NCBI GenBank assembly: GCA_026129915.1
Contig: JAHCHD010000002.1
Location: 5,713-69,712, forward strand
DNA length: 64,000 bases
Direction: 5' to 3'
Source: Bryobacterales bacterium
GTDB taxonomy: Bacteria; Acidobacteriota; Terriglobia; Bryobacterales; Bryobacteraceae
Part shown: positions 44,054-54,264 of the stretch, piece by piece
Numbering within the stretch: position 1 is the first letter of the stretch
How the letters are laid out: every line of letters starts with the position of its first letter
Made by a program: the position numbers and the translations under genes
Notes under the pieces: model-generated
What the model was told of the DNA's origin: nothing
What the model saw: only the letters and a program-made list of their open reading frames with translations
Database searches by the model: none

Positions 44054-45837
44054 CACAGTTAGGCCAGTTTTTGGAGGGCGCCACCCGCATCCTGTTCTTC
44101 ACGGGAAAGGGTGGCGTTGGCAAGACCTCCATGTCATGCGCCACCTCCATTGCCCTTGCCGGAACAGGCAAGCAGGTTCTCTTGGTGAGCACTGACCCCG
44201 CATCGAATCTCGATGAGGTCCTCGGCGTGGAACTCTCGTCGTCTCCCACCCCGGTTCCTGGCGCTGGGGGCCTTTGGGCGCTGAACATCAACCCGGAAGC
44301 CGCGGCCCACGCCTATCGCGAGCGCGTCGTCGGTCCCTACCGCGGCGTGCTGCCAGACGCTGCCATCACCAGCATGGAGGAACAGCTTTCCGGAGCCTGT
44401 ACCGTGGAAATCGCCGCCTTCGATGAGTTCACCAGACTGCTTGGGGATCCTCAGACAACCAGTGAGTTTGAGCACATCATCTTCGACACAGCGCCCACCG
44501 GACACACCCTGCGGCTTCTGAAGTTACCCTCAGCCTGGACGGGCTTCATCGCCAATAACACTACCGGCACATCCTGCCTTGGGCCTCTCGCGGGTCTTCA
44601 AACACAGCAGGCGCTCTACGAGTCCAGCTTGCGCACGCTGTCTGAACCGGCAACCACAACTCTCGTGCTGGTGAGCCGGCCGGAGCCTTCCGCGCTCCTG
44701 GAAACGGACCGTACCCGCCGGGAGCTTTCTGAACTCGGCCTCACCAACCAGTACCTCATCTTGAATGCTCTCTTTATCGCTACTGACCGAACAGATCCAG
44801 CAGCCCTGGCGCTAGAGGCTCGCGGCCAAGAGGCACTGGCCCAGATGCCAGATGGGCTTGCCGGACTTCCCCGGCTCGAAGTGCCCCTGTTACCCTTCGC
44901 GGCTGTGGGTATCGCAAACCTCGCCCGCATCTTCAGTCCTGATGCTGAGCCACCGGTATCCCTCGCGCCAGAGCACACCGATCCTGGTGCGCTGCCCGGT
45001 CCGCTTAGCGCACTCATTGATGACCTTGAGAAGATGGGCCGCGGCGTAGTGATGACCATGGGCAAGGGCGGCGTTGGCAAAACCACCATCGCTGCCGCGA
45101 TTGCCGTGGAACTGGCCCACCGCGGACACCAGGTTCATCTCAGCACCACTGACCCCGCAGCCCACGTTAGCGCCACTGTGAATGGCGGCATCGCCAACCT
45201 GCGGGTGAGCCGCATCGATCCGGCCGAGGAAACGCAGCGCTACTCGCAGGAAGTGATGGCGAGATCCGCGCAGCAACTCGACGAGCAAGGAAAGGCCCTG
45301 CTCGACGAGGACCTCCGCTCGCCATGCACGGAAGAGATCGCCGTCTTCCGCGCCTTCGCGGAAACCGTCGCGGGCGGAGAGCAAGGCTTCGTTGTTCTGG
45401 ACACCGCACCCACGGGCCACACCCTGCTGCTGCTGGATGCGGCCGAGGCGTATCACCGGGACGTGCTGCGCTCATTGAGCGACATCCCGGATTCCGTCCG
45501 CAACCTGCTGCCGCGCCTGCGCGACCCCAAGTTCACTAAGGTTCTGCTGGTGACCTTGCCCGAAGCCACTCCCGTGCATGAAGCAGCCAAACTGCAGGAG
45601 GATCTCATCCGTGCAGGCATTCAGCCCTTTGCCTGGGTAGTGAACCAGAGCTTCTCGAAGAATGGGTTCAAAGACCCTGTGCTCGTCGGACGAGGCCTGC
45701 GCGAACTGCCGTTCATTGGCGAAGTACACACGCAACTGGCCTCGCGCCTGGCCTTGGTTTCGTGGAAGCCGGAGCCCCCAGTTGGCGCGGAACGGCTGCG
45801 GCAGCTCGCCCAGCCAGACTTGGAAGGAAAATTGTAG
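44050..45837 (+). CDS. arsA: Arsenite-transporting ATPase, two-domain
   Basis: There are two P-loops (GKGGVGKTS and GKGGVGKTT) and two DTAPTGHT motifs. The metalloid-site Cys contexts are GACTVEIAAFDEF, TSCLGPLAGL and SPCTEEIAVFRAF. GTG 44050 overlaps the arsM stop (GTGA). Confidence 0.92.
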   Translation: MTQLGQFLEGATRILFFTGKGGVGKTSMSCATSIALAGTGKQVLLVSTDPASNLDEVLGVELSSSPTPVPGAGGLWALNINPEAAAHAYRERVVGPYRGVLPDAAITSMEEQLSGACTVEIAAFDEFTRLLGDPQTTSEFEHIIFDTAPTGHTLRLLKLPSAWTGFIANNTTGTSCLGPLAGLQTQQALYESSLRTLSEPATTTLVLVSRPEPSALLETDRTRRELSELGLTNQYLILNALFIATDRTDPAALALEARGQEALAQMPDGLAGLPRLEVPLLPFAAVGIANLARIFSPDAEPPVSLAPEHTDPGALPGPLSALIDDLEKMGRGVVMTMGKGGVGKTTIAAAIAVELAHRGHQVHLSTTDPAAHVSATVNGGIANLRVSRIDPAEETQRYSQEVMARSAQQLDEQGKALLDEDLRSPCTEEIAVFRAFAETVAGGEQGFVVLDTAPTGHTLLLLDAAEAYHRDVLRSLSDIPDSVRNLLPRLRDPKFTKVLLVTLPEATPVHEAAKLQEDLIRAGIQPFAWVVNQSFSKNGFKDPVLVGRGLRELPFIGEVHTQLASRLALVSWKPEPPVGAERLRQLAQPDLEGKL

Positions 45838-45841
45838 GCAA

Positions 45842-46936
45842 ATGGGAACCACCACCAAACCAGCGCCATTGCCAACGGAGAAGCGGCTTAATTACTTCGA
45901 GCGCTACTTGAGCGCCTGGGTTGGCATCTGCATGATCGTCGGCCTCCTCCTCGGCAAAATGCTTCCCGGCTTCATCGACGGCTTGCGTCGCATGGAGTTC
46001 GGCGAGAACAGCCAGATCAATATCCCCATCGCCATTCTCATCTGGCTGATGATTATCCCGATGATGATGAAGGTGGACTTCGCGTCCATCCGGCAGGTAG
46101 GCAACCGGCCCCGCGGGCTGATAGTCACGCTCTTCGTCAACTGGCTGGTGAAACCCTTCTCCATGGCCATGTTTGCATGGGTGTTCTTCCGCTTTGTCTT
46201 CTCCGCGTGGATCTCCCCGGCGGACGCTGACCAGTACATCGCCGGGTGCATCATTCTCGCCGCGGCGCCCTGCACCGCAATGGTGTTCGTGTGGAGTTAC
46301 CTCACTGACGGCGACCCAGCCTACACGCTCGTTCAGGTTTCAGTGAACGACCTGCTGATGCTCGTTCTGTTCGCGCCGATCGTACGATTCCTCGTCAGCG
46401 GCGCTTCAACCCTCGAAGTGCCCTTCCAGGTGCTGCTGTACTCGGTGCTGGTCTTTATCGTTATCCCGCTGATTATCGGCGTTGCCCTGCGGCACTGGTT
46501 TATCGGCCGTCATGGCAAGCAGTGGTTTGAGGAACAACTGCTGCCCCGCTTCGCGCCCGTCAGCATGACGGCACTGCTCGCCACCCTGGTTCTGATCTTC
46601 GGCTTCCAGGCAGACAACATCACCGAAAAGTTCTTGCATGTGCTCTTAATCTCCGTGCCGATTCTCATCCAGGTCTACTTCAACTCCTCGCTCACCTATG
46701 GCCTGATGCGGCTCTTGAAGGTGGAATACGCCGTTGCGGCGCCGGGAGCCCTCATTGGCGCCAGCAACTTCTTTGAACTTGCGGTAGCGACAGCGATCGC
46801 CCTCTTCGGCGCGGACTCCGGCGCAGCCCTTGCGACGGTCGTTGGAGTTCTCATCGAGGTGCCGGTGATGCTGTCGGTGTGCGCCTTCTGCGTCCGCACC
46901 CGCCACTGGTTCCCGGCCCCACAAGAGGCACGATAG
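45842..46936 (+). CDS. acr3: ACR3-family arsenite efflux permease
   Basis: Motifs are LNYFERYLSAWVGICMIVGLLLGK and AAAPCTAMVFVW, the conserved Cys-containing helix. It has 10 TM helices. ATG 45842. Confidence 0.9.
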   Translation: MGTTTKPAPLPTEKRLNYFERYLSAWVGICMIVGLLLGKMLPGFIDGLRRMEFGENSQINIPIAILIWLMIIPMMMKVDFASIRQVGNRPRGLIVTLFVNWLVKPFSMAMFAWVFFRFVFSAWISPADADQYIAGCIILAAAPCTAMVFVWSYLTDGDPAYTLVQVSVNDLLMLVLFAPIVRFLVSGASTLEVPFQVLLYSVLVFIVIPLIIGVALRHWFIGRHGKQWFEEQLLPRFAPVSMTALLATLVLIFGFQADNITEKFLHVLLISVPILIQVYFNSSLTYGLMRLLKVEYAVAAPGALIGASNFFELAVATAIALFGADSGAALATVVGVLIEVPVMLSVCAFCVRTRHWFPAPQEAR

Positions 46937-46950
46937 AAGGGAAGGTAACG

Positions 46951-47172
46951 ATGACCTACGAATACAAGTGCGATGAATGCGGCGCGGGTATTGAGGTCCG
47001 CGCCAGCATGGCCGAGAAAGAGCGCGGGCTCAATGTGGAATGTCCCGCGTGTGGAAGCGCCAGGCTCACCCAGGTCTTCCGGACGTTGAACGTCATCAAT
47101 GGCAACCGGAGCAGCAGTCCATCGTCAAGCCCCTGCTGCAGTCCTGGCCCTTCCACGGGATGCTGCGGATGA
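46951..47172 (+). CDS. FmdB-type CxxC..CxxC zinc-ribbon protein with CC..CC tail
   Basis: The start is MTYEYKCDECG..ECPACGS. The C-terminus is SSSPCCSPGPSTGCCG. An RBS GAAGGGAAGG lies upstream. Confidence 0.7.
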   Translation: MTYEYKCDECGAGIEVRASMAEKERGLNVECPACGSARLTQVFRTLNVINGNRSSSPSSSPCCSPGPSTGCCG

Positions 47173-47489
47173 ATGACGCTCCAATCCGTGTGGTTATCTT
47201 CTGCGCGCCAGACGCAGGGTGCGGCTCCGGGGCCACTTGGTCAGGCGCCGCATCCTTCGTGCGCGAAAGACTCCTCCGCCGCTTCGGAGATCGGGCGGAG
47301 ACGGAGCACGTCGAGGTCTTCACTCCCCGCTTCTTCGAGTTTCCGAATGCACTATCCGCACTTGCCGCGGGTAGTCCATTGCCCTTCGTGATGGTCGGCG
47401 GCCAGATCATCAGCCAGGGCGGCAAACTTTCTGACCGTGTCATTGGGGAAGCCGTGGCAGCACAGCTAGCCTCTCGCGCGAACGACTAA
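47169..47489 (+). CDS. 106-aa thioredoxin-fold-like / ArsD-like hypothetical protein
   Basis: An ATGA overlap joins it to the previous gene. Motifs are VVIFCAPDAGCGSG..PFVMVGGQIISQGG. The assignment is weak. Confidence 0.45.
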   Translation: MNDAPIRVVIFCAPDAGCGSGATWSGAASFVRERLLRRFGDRAETEHVEVFTPRFFEFPNALSALAAGSPLPFVMVGGQIISQGGKLSDRVIGEAVAAQLASRAND

Positions 47490-47581
47490 GCCATAGCTCC
47501 CAACGTGCGTTTCGGAGTGTTTCTTTCCATGACTGATTGCGTACTTGGCCAAACCGCCAAATAGTGTTAGAGTTGTCTTGT

Positions 47582-47908
47582 ATGGATACGCAGACACAGG
47601 CCTTCTTCGAAGCACGCGCCCAGATCATGAAATCGCTCGCGCATCCCACGCGGTTGTTTATGGTCGACGAACTCTCCCGAGGGGAACGCTGTGTGTGCGA
47701 GCTCACTGAGATGGTTGGCGTTGATATGTCTACCGTAAGCAAGCATCTTTCGCTGCTGAAGTCGGCCGGAATCGTCGCCGACGAAAAGCGAGGCATGCAG
47801 GTCTACTACCGGCTGAAGACACCTTGTGTGTTGCGATTCTTTGATTGTGTCGGCGAAGTGATGATCCAGAAAATGCAGGAACTCACGCATCTGACATCCG
47901 GACGCTAG
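47582..47908 (+). CDS. arsR: ArsR/SmtB-family repressor with helix-3 CVC site
   Basis: The motif is KSLAHPTRLFMVDELSRGERCVCELTEMVGVDMSTVSKHLSLLKSAGIV. Confidence 0.88.
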   Translation: MDTQTQAFFEARAQIMKSLAHPTRLFMVDELSRGERCVCELTEMVGVDMSTVSKHLSLLKSAGIVADEKRGMQVYYRLKTPCVLRFFDCVGEVMIQKMQELTHLTSGR

Positions 47909-48011
47909 GCAGGCCCATGACGCATAACCAGAGTTGTGGGTGTGCTTATCCTTTCGCGGCCGACTGTGGAGACAGGACAACAAAGGAGACCCGGCAGTGA
48001 ATAGGAGATCA

Positions 48012-48467
48012 ATGGCAACAACGCTGTTGCTCGCGATGGCGGCCGGCACGCTGGCCTACGCGCTGCTGAATTCGAATCCATGCGTTCCCGCGGTTGCCAT
48101 GCGCGGCGTCGCCGCCAAGGCCCCTGACGATGGCGTGGTGGTCTACTACTTCCACATAAATGTACGTTGCTCTACGTGCCAGGCAATGGAAGACTTTAGC
48201 CGCGAGCTCATCATGGATCGTTTTGGCTCTCATGTGCTTTCGGGAAGCTTAACCTGGATGCCGGTAAATGTTCAGGTTCCGGAGAATCGGCACTACCTTG
48301 GCGATTTCCGAGCACTTACCCGCTCTCTTGTTTTGGAGCGGCGAAAGGGCGGCCGGTCAATCGAACACAGGGTGTTGCATGAAGCCTGGCTTCACATCTA
48401 CGACCGCCAGGAGTTTGAAGACTATCTGTCCGCGGAGATTCGGCAGGTTCTGGCTGCCGCCGATTGA
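48012..48467 (+). CDS. Membrane-anchored thioredoxin-like CxxC protein (possibly ArsF-like)
   Basis: An AGGAGA RBS precedes it. The N-terminal TM segment is MATTLLLAMAAGTLAYALL, and VVVYYFHINVRCSTCQAMEDF carries a CxxC motif. Confidence 0.5.
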   Translation: MATTLLLAMAAGTLAYALLNSNPCVPAVAMRGVAAKAPDDGVVVYYFHINVRCSTCQAMEDFSRELIMDRFGSHVLSGSLTWMPVNVQVPENRHYLGDFRALTRSLVLERRKGGRSIEHRVLHEAWLHIYDRQEFEDYLSAEIRQVLAAAD

Positions 48468-48516
48468 GTGATGTGCATGGGACAAGGACGTTCGGGAGAG
48501 AGAAAGCAGGCTTTCA

Positions 48517-48744
48517 ATGAACTGCATGGACTGTGCTGAGAAGAAGGAGACCCGACCCGCAGTGGCCATCTGCCACAACTGTTCCGCTGGACTCTGCCGG
48601 GAGCACGCATTAGTCCTTCCGCATTCTGTGGAGCAGCACTCGCCCATCTGCAAGACGGAGTCCGCAGATCTGCTGGCAAGGCGGGTTTTTTGTGACACCT
48701 GCCGAAGAGCGCTGGCCCAGGTGGAGCCGATGCTTTCGGATTGA
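48517..48744 (+). CDS. Small Cys-rich (DUF2180-like) zinc-binding protein
   Basis: 75 aa with CxxC pairs: MNCMDCAEK, CHNCSAGLC and CDTCRRAL. Confidence 0.55.
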   Translation: MNCMDCAEKKETRPAVAICHNCSAGLCREHALVLPHSVEQHSPICKTESADLLARRVFCDTCRRALAQVEPMLSD

Positions 48745-48828
48745 GCGGCATGTCGGGGATTTCGTGAAATCGCCATTTGACGGAGTTGGGTTGCCGGCGA
48801 ATTGCAGATCTTTGGCATTGGAGGATCT

Positions 48829-51800
48829 ATGTGGATTGTAAGACTGGCTCTGCGGAGGCCTTATACCTTCGTGGCAGCGGCAATTCTGCTCTTGGTGCTT
48901 GGTGCAATTGCTTTGTTCCGGATGCCCACTGACATCCTTCCCAATATCGACATCCCCGTCGTCAGCGCCATCTGGCAATACCGCGGACTCTCCGCCAATG
49001 AGATGGAGCAACGCATCATCATCCCATCCGAGCGATCCTTCACCACCACCGTAAACGATATTGAACACATTGAGTCGCAGACCTTGGCGGGACTCGGCGT
49101 GATCAAGGTCTTTTTCCATCCCGGAACCTCGGTGGAAGCGGCTGTCGCACAGATGACGGCAATCTCTCAAACCGTCACGCGTCAGATGCCCCCTGGGGCC
49201 ACGCCTCCGCTCATCCTTCGCTACAACGCCTCCAGCGTCCCTGTCCTGCAACTGGGTTTGAGCGGTGAAGGCCTGCCGGAACAGGCGCTATATGACTTAG
49301 GCGCCAATTTCATCCGTACACGGCTGGCAACCGTGCAGGGAGCCTCCGTGCTGATGCCCGCGGGAGGCAAAGCACGGCAGATCATGGTGGACCTCGACCC
49401 AGCCGCCTTGTTTGCGCGCGGACTCGGCCCTTCAGAGATTGTGGCCGCAATCAACGCACAAAGCCCGATTCTTCCCTCCGGCCAGGTAAAGATAGGGGCA
49501 ACCGAGTACTCCGTTCGCTTAAATAGCAGTCCCGAGGTGGTGGAAGACCTCAACTCGATTCCGGTTGCCCGGCAGAATGGCGCCACTGTCTTCTTGCAGG
49601 ATGTAGCCCACGTGCGCGACGGCGGTGCGGTACAGGCCAACGTGGTGCGGCTGGATGGCCGGCGCGGCGCTCTGCTCTCCGTGCTCAAGACAGGCAACGC
49701 ATCCACCCTCGCCATTGTGAACCGTGTGAAGCAGGAACTGCCCCGCATCCTCTCTACCCTGCCCCCGGAACTGAACGTGCAGTTGCTGCTTGACCAAAGC
49801 CAGTTTGTGCGAGCGGCCATTTCCTCCGTCCTCAAGGAGGGGCTGCTTGCCGCGGCACTCACCGCTCTCATGATTCTGCTCTTTATTGGAAGCTGGCGCA
49901 GCACGTTCATCGTCTGCATCTCGATTCCCCTCTCGATCATCTCCTCCCTCATTCTGCTCTACGCACTGGGGCAGACCATCAACCTGATGACCCTGGGAGG
50001 ACTTGCCCTCGCCATCGGGATTCTGGTGGACGAGGCCACAGTGGAGATCGAGAATATCCATCGCAACCTCGCCATGGGCAAGTCGATGATCCGTGCGGTT
50101 CTGGATGGCGCGGGCGAAATCGCAGTCCCCGCATTCGTCTCGGCTTTGACGATTTCAATTGTCTTCGCGCCGGTCTTTCTGCTCTCAGGCACAGCCCGGT
50201 ATTTGTTTCAGCCACTGGCGATGGCGGTGGCCTTCGCAGTGCTTGCCTCTTATGTCCTCTCGCGCACGCTCATCCCCACACTGGCCCGCTATTTTCTCCG
50301 TGCTGAGATTCAGGCGTATCAGGAAGGCCGCGGAGAACTTGAAGCCGGGCCCATCTGGAGCCTGCATCGCGGCTTTATGCGAGGCTTTGAGACTTTCCGA
50401 ACGCAATATCGGCATGTGCTCGATACGGCTTTGGATCACCGCTGGCTCGTGGTAGCCGCCTTTGCTTCGCTGGCAGCGATCTCCGCAATGCTGGTTCCTC
50501 ATCTTGGGGAGGATTTCTTTCCCCCGGTGGACGGCGGGCACTTGCGCTTGCACGTGCGAGCCTCCGCTGGCACCCGGCTCGAACGGACCGAAGAGATCTT
50601 TGCCGCGGTCGAGGCGGAAATTCGCCGCATCATTCCACCAGACAGACTGGGGGCGGTGCTCGACAACATTGGGTTGCCGGTGCTTCCGATCAATCTCGCG
50701 TACACGGATTCGGCTACCGTCGGGGCGGCTGACGGAGAGATTCTGATATCTCTCAAACCAGAACGATCGCGCAATGAAACATGGGAATATGCACGGCGGC
50801 TTCGCGAGGAACTCCCGGCGAAGTTCCCTGGGGTGCAGTTCTTCTTCCGTTCCGCTGACATGGTGGGGCAGATCCTCAACTTTGGCATCCCTGCGCCGAT
50901 TGATGTGCAGGTAGCCGGAAGCAACCGGGTGGCAAATTTCAAGATCGCACAAGAGATCGAGCAGAGGCTGCGGACGGTCCCAGGAGCCGTTGACGTCCGG
51001 TTGCATCAAGTGAAGAATGCACCTGAACTCCTGGTGGATGTGGACCGCACCCGGGCAGGCGAGTTTGGCCTCACCCAACGGGAAGTCGCCTCCAGCACGT
51101 TGATCTCGCTGAGTTCCAGCGGGCAGGTGTTCCCCAACTACTGGTTGAACCAGGCAACCGGCGTGAGTTACCTGATCGCTACGCAAACGCCTGAGCATCG
51201 GATTGCATCGCTGGCAGACATGCGGAGTATCCCCCTGCCAGGAAAAGGACAAGGCCAGACCCTGGGAAATGTCGCCTCCATTCGGCAGAGCGAAAGCAAC
51301 GTGGTACTGAGCCACAACAACATCCAGCCCGTGTTTGATGTATTCGCAGGCGTGCAGGACCGCGACCTTGGTTCCATAGCCCGGGAGGTGGATGAAATCG
51401 TCGCGAGCCTCAGCAAGGATCTCCCGCGCGGAACCACCATTCGTGTGCGGGGGCAGATCCAGACGATGCGCGAATCCTTCCTGGGATTGGGCGCGGGCCT
51501 GCTGCTGGCGGCCGGACTAGTGTATCTGGTAATGGTGATCAACTTCCAGAGCTGGCTTGACCCGCTCATCATTCTGATGGCCCTGCCGGGCGCCTTTTCG
51601 GGAGTCGTTTGGGCGCTCTATATCACCCAAACCACGATCAGCGTGCCTTCCCTGATGGGGGCCGTAATGAGCATCGGCGTTGCCACAGCGAATAGCATTC
51701 TGCTGGTTTCCTTTGCCAATCAGCGGCGTCATGAGGGCATGCCCGGCCGCGAGGCCGCCGTCTCGGCTGCCATCACTCGCCTGCGTCCCGTGCTGATGAC

Positions 51801-52008
51801 TGCCGGAGCGATGATGCTTGGCATGTTGCCCATGTCGTTTGGCCTGGGGGAAGGCGGAGAGCAGAATGCCCCCATCGGCCGGGCCGTCATCGGCGGACTA
51901 GCTGTTGCCACGGTAGCCACACTGCTGCTGGTACCGGTGATCTACAGTCTCTTTCGGCCGGCAGCGGCCAAGCCTTCCACGGAGAAAGACAGGGAGTTGC
52001 TCGCATGA
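48829..52008 (+). CDS. RND-family efflux transporter permease (AcrB/CzcA superfamily)
   Basis: About 1060 aa, with 12 TM helices and two large periplasmic loops. The N-terminus is LRRPYTFVAAAILLLVLGAIALFRMPTDILPNIDIPVV. ATG 48829 follows GGAGGA. Confidence 0.92.
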   Translation: MWIVRLALRRPYTFVAAAILLLVLGAIALFRMPTDILPNIDIPVVSAIWQYRGLSANEMEQRIIIPSERSFTTTVNDIEHIESQTLAGLGVIKVFFHPGTSVEAAVAQMTAISQTVTRQMPPGATPPLILRYNASSVPVLQLGLSGEGLPEQALYDLGANFIRTRLATVQGASVLMPAGGKARQIMVDLDPAALFARGLGPSEIVAAINAQSPILPSGQVKIGATEYSVRLNSSPEVVEDLNSIPVARQNGATVFLQDVAHVRDGGAVQANVVRLDGRRGALLSVLKTGNASTLAIVNRVKQELPRILSTLPPELNVQLLLDQSQFVRAAISSVLKEGLLAAALTALMILLFIGSWRSTFIVCISIPLSIISSLILLYALGQTINLMTLGGLALAIGILVDEATVEIENIHRNLAMGKSMIRAVLDGAGEIAVPAFVSALTISIVFAPVFLLSGTARYLFQPLAMAVAFAVLASYVLSRTLIPTLARYFLRAEIQAYQEGRGELEAGPIWSLHRGFMRGFETFRTQYRHVLDTALDHRWLVVAAFASLAAISAMLVPHLGEDFFPPVDGGHLRLHVRASAGTRLERTEEIFAAVEAEIRRIIPPDRLGAVLDNIGLPVLPINLAYTDSATVGAADGEILISLKPERSRNETWEYARRLREELPAKFPGVQFFFRSADMVGQILNFGIPAPIDVQVAGSNRVANFKIAQEIEQRLRTVPGAVDVRLHQVKNAPELLVDVDRTRAGEFGLTQREVASSTLISLSSSGQVFPNYWLNQATGVSYLIATQTPEHRIASLADMRSIPLPGKGQGQTLGNVASIRQSESNVVLSHNNIQPVFDVFAGVQDRDLGSIAREVDEIVASLSKDLPRGTTIRVRGQIQTMRESFLGLGAGLLLAAGLVYLVMVINFQSWLDPLIILMALPGAFSGVVWALYITQTTISVPSLMGAVMSIGVATANSILLVSFANQRRHEGMPGREAAVSAAITRLRPVLMTAGAMMLGMLPMSFGLGEGGEQNAPIGRAVIGGLAVATVATLLLVPVIYSLFRPAAAKPSTEKDRELLA

Positions 52009-53302
52009 TGGAAAAGCAACCTGAATCGCAAGTCCTCAAGACAGGCAATGGCGAAGGGCGCATCCCTAGATGGGGCGTCGCCACTGGACTAATCCTGATA
52101 TTGCTTCTGCTAGCTGGCCTGTTCGCGCTTGGCTACTTGCCGCGAGCCGAACGGGAGCGCCAGGTGCTGGCCCGCGTCCAGCCAGCCGAACCGGCACAGA
52201 CGGTCGTAGGCGTAGCGGTAGCTACGCTGGCAACTGGCGAGAGCCTGATGGAGTTGCCCGCAACGCTCGAGGCCGTGACGCTTGCGCCGATCTACTCCCG
52301 GGCAGACGGATACGTCCGCGCTCGCAAGGTGGACATTGGAGACCGCGTGCAGGCAGGCGCGGTGCTAGCTGAGATTGAGTCACCGGATCTCGAAAGACAG
52401 ATCGAGGAAGTGGCAGCCAACCTCCGGCGCGCTCAACTCTCGCTCCGCCAGACGGAAGCCATGCGCGCGGAGGCCGAGGCGGACCTTCACCTGACAGAAA
52501 CCACTGCCCAGCGCTGGGATGCCCTGGTGGAGGGAGGCGTTCTGGCAAAACAGGCAGGGGACGAGAAGTCCGCTCTCCTTGCGGCCAAGCGCGCGAGCTT
52601 GGACGCAGCGCAGGCCTCTGTGCTTGCCACCAGGGAAGCCATGGCGGGAGCCCAGGCTGCGCTTGACCGCAACCGGGAACTGATGCAATTTCGCACGCTC
52701 CGAGCGCCGTTTTCTGGGGTGATTACGGTGCGCAATGTCGACGTGGGCGCGCTTGTTACCTCCGGCAGCAGCAGTTCAGTTCGTGAGCTGTTCCAGATTG
52801 CGCAGACCGCTACTCTGCGCGTCTTCCTCCAGGCGCCGCAGAGCTACGTTCCCGGCATCACCCCAGGACTGCTAAGCCGTGCAAGGTGGATCTGGCGGAA
52901 TTTCCCGGCGTCTCATTTGCGGGCAAGGTAGTGCGCACTGCAAACGCTCTCGACCCTGGAAGCCGTACACTGCTCACGGAAGTGCAGATCGCCAATCCAA
53001 GAAATCAGCTCCTGCCTGGCATGTATGCAAGGGTGCAGTGCCAGGTACCGCGGGCCAGCCCGCCCGTGTTGATCCCGTCGGCCTCGTGGCGCAGCAATGC
53101 AGGTGGTCCTGAGGTGGCCGTGGTGACCCCGGATTCCATCGTGCATTTTCGGAAGGTAACGCTTGGACGAGACCTGGGCGCGCAAATTGAAGTACTGGCG
53201 GGGCTGCAGCCCGGCGAGCGTGTGGCTATCGCATTTAGCGACGACCTGCGCGAGGGGACCAGCGTCCAGGTGAAAGCACCAACGCCGGGCGGCCGCAATT
53301 AG
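52005..53302 (+). pseudogene. RND periplasmic adaptor (membrane-fusion protein, HlyD family) interrupted by a frameshift
   Basis: ORF 52005..52931 covers the lipoyl/coiled-coil part up to ..QSYVPGITPG. ORF 52886..53302 continues in another frame with VDLAEFPGVSFAGKVVRTANALDPGSRTLLTEV. Adding one C at the C4 run 52861-52864 would join the two. This may be a sequencing indel. Confidence 0.75.
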
Positions 53303-53361
53303 CTTTCCTTGCTTTGGGTTGCGACAAGGGAAGCTGCGCGGGAAGCTTGCGGAGGAGAGTT

Positions 53362-54264
53362 TCAGGTGCGGAAATGGTCCCAGCCCAGTGGGGGGAGTGG
53401 CGCGCCTTGACGGAGGCAATCGCCTGGGTGGCCGGCGGTCACTCTGCCGATGGGCGTCAACGACTGCCCGGCCAGGGTGGCTGGCACCCGCACGCCTGGG
53501 CGCACCGTGAATAGCAGTTCGTAGTCGTCTCCACCGTGGAGGGCGTCGTCCTCTGTGGCTCCGGGGAACACAGGCAACGGTCCGTCAAGCTCGGCGGCCA
53601 CCCCGGAGGCTACCAGCAACCGGTGCAGGTCGGTGGAGAGGCCATCGCTTAGGTCCATCATGGCGCTGGGAATCCTGCGTTTGCGCAGCGCCAGCCCGAG
53701 GGCAATCCGCGGCTCGGGCCTCAGGTGGCGGCGGCGAGCCGCCCGGTGGCGAGGGCTGCGCAGGCCCAGCAAGCCACCTCCCAGTTGGCCGCTCACGTAG
53801 ATCGTGTCGCCCGCACGGGCACCACTTCGCCGAAAGGCATCGCCTGCTGGCACGCTGCCCGCCACCATAACGTCCATCGAGGTGTGGGCGGCACGGGCGA
53901 GGTCCCCGCCCGCAAGGGGCACTTTGGACTGCGCCGCCAGTTCCAGAAATCCGGTATAGAAGGCGTCCACCCAGCGGGGGCGCACCCAAGGCCCCAGCGC
54001 CAGGGAGAGCAGCACGAATTCAGGCTTCGCGCCCATTGCGGCGATGTCGCTAAGCCCGCGGGCCAGTGCCTTCCAGCCCACCGCCTCCGCCGGATAGCCG
54101 CGCAGGAAGTGGCGCCCCTCGTGCATCATATCGGTGGTGAACACCAGATCCTGCCCGGCCCTAGGGCGATAGATGGCGGCATCGTCTCCCATCCCCAGCA
54201 CCAGTTGGCGCGAAGACGCGGGAAGGCGCTTGCGCAGTGCGGCCAGAATGGAGTCTTCGGTCAT
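53362..54264 (-). CDS. thiL: Thiamine-monophosphate kinase
   Basis: Motifs are LGMGDDAAIY and the PurM-like fold pattern GGDLARA..SMDVMVAG. ATG 54264 overlaps the upstream stop (ATGA). Confidence 0.88.
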   Translation of the reverse strand: MTEDSILAALRKRLPASSRQLVLGMGDDAAIYRPRAGQDLVFTTDMMHEGRHFLRGYPAEAVGWKALARGLSDIAAMGAKPEFVLLSLALGPWVRPRWVDAFYTGFLELAAQSKVPLAGGDLARAAHTSMDVMVAGSVPAGDAFRRSGARAGDTIYVSGQLGGGLLGLRSPRHRAARRRHLRPEPRIALGLALRKRRIPSAMMDLSDGLSTDLHRLLVASGVAAELDGPLPVFPGATEDDALHGGDDYELLFTVRPGVRVPATLAGQSLTPIGRVTAGHPGDCLRQGAPLPPLGWDHFRT

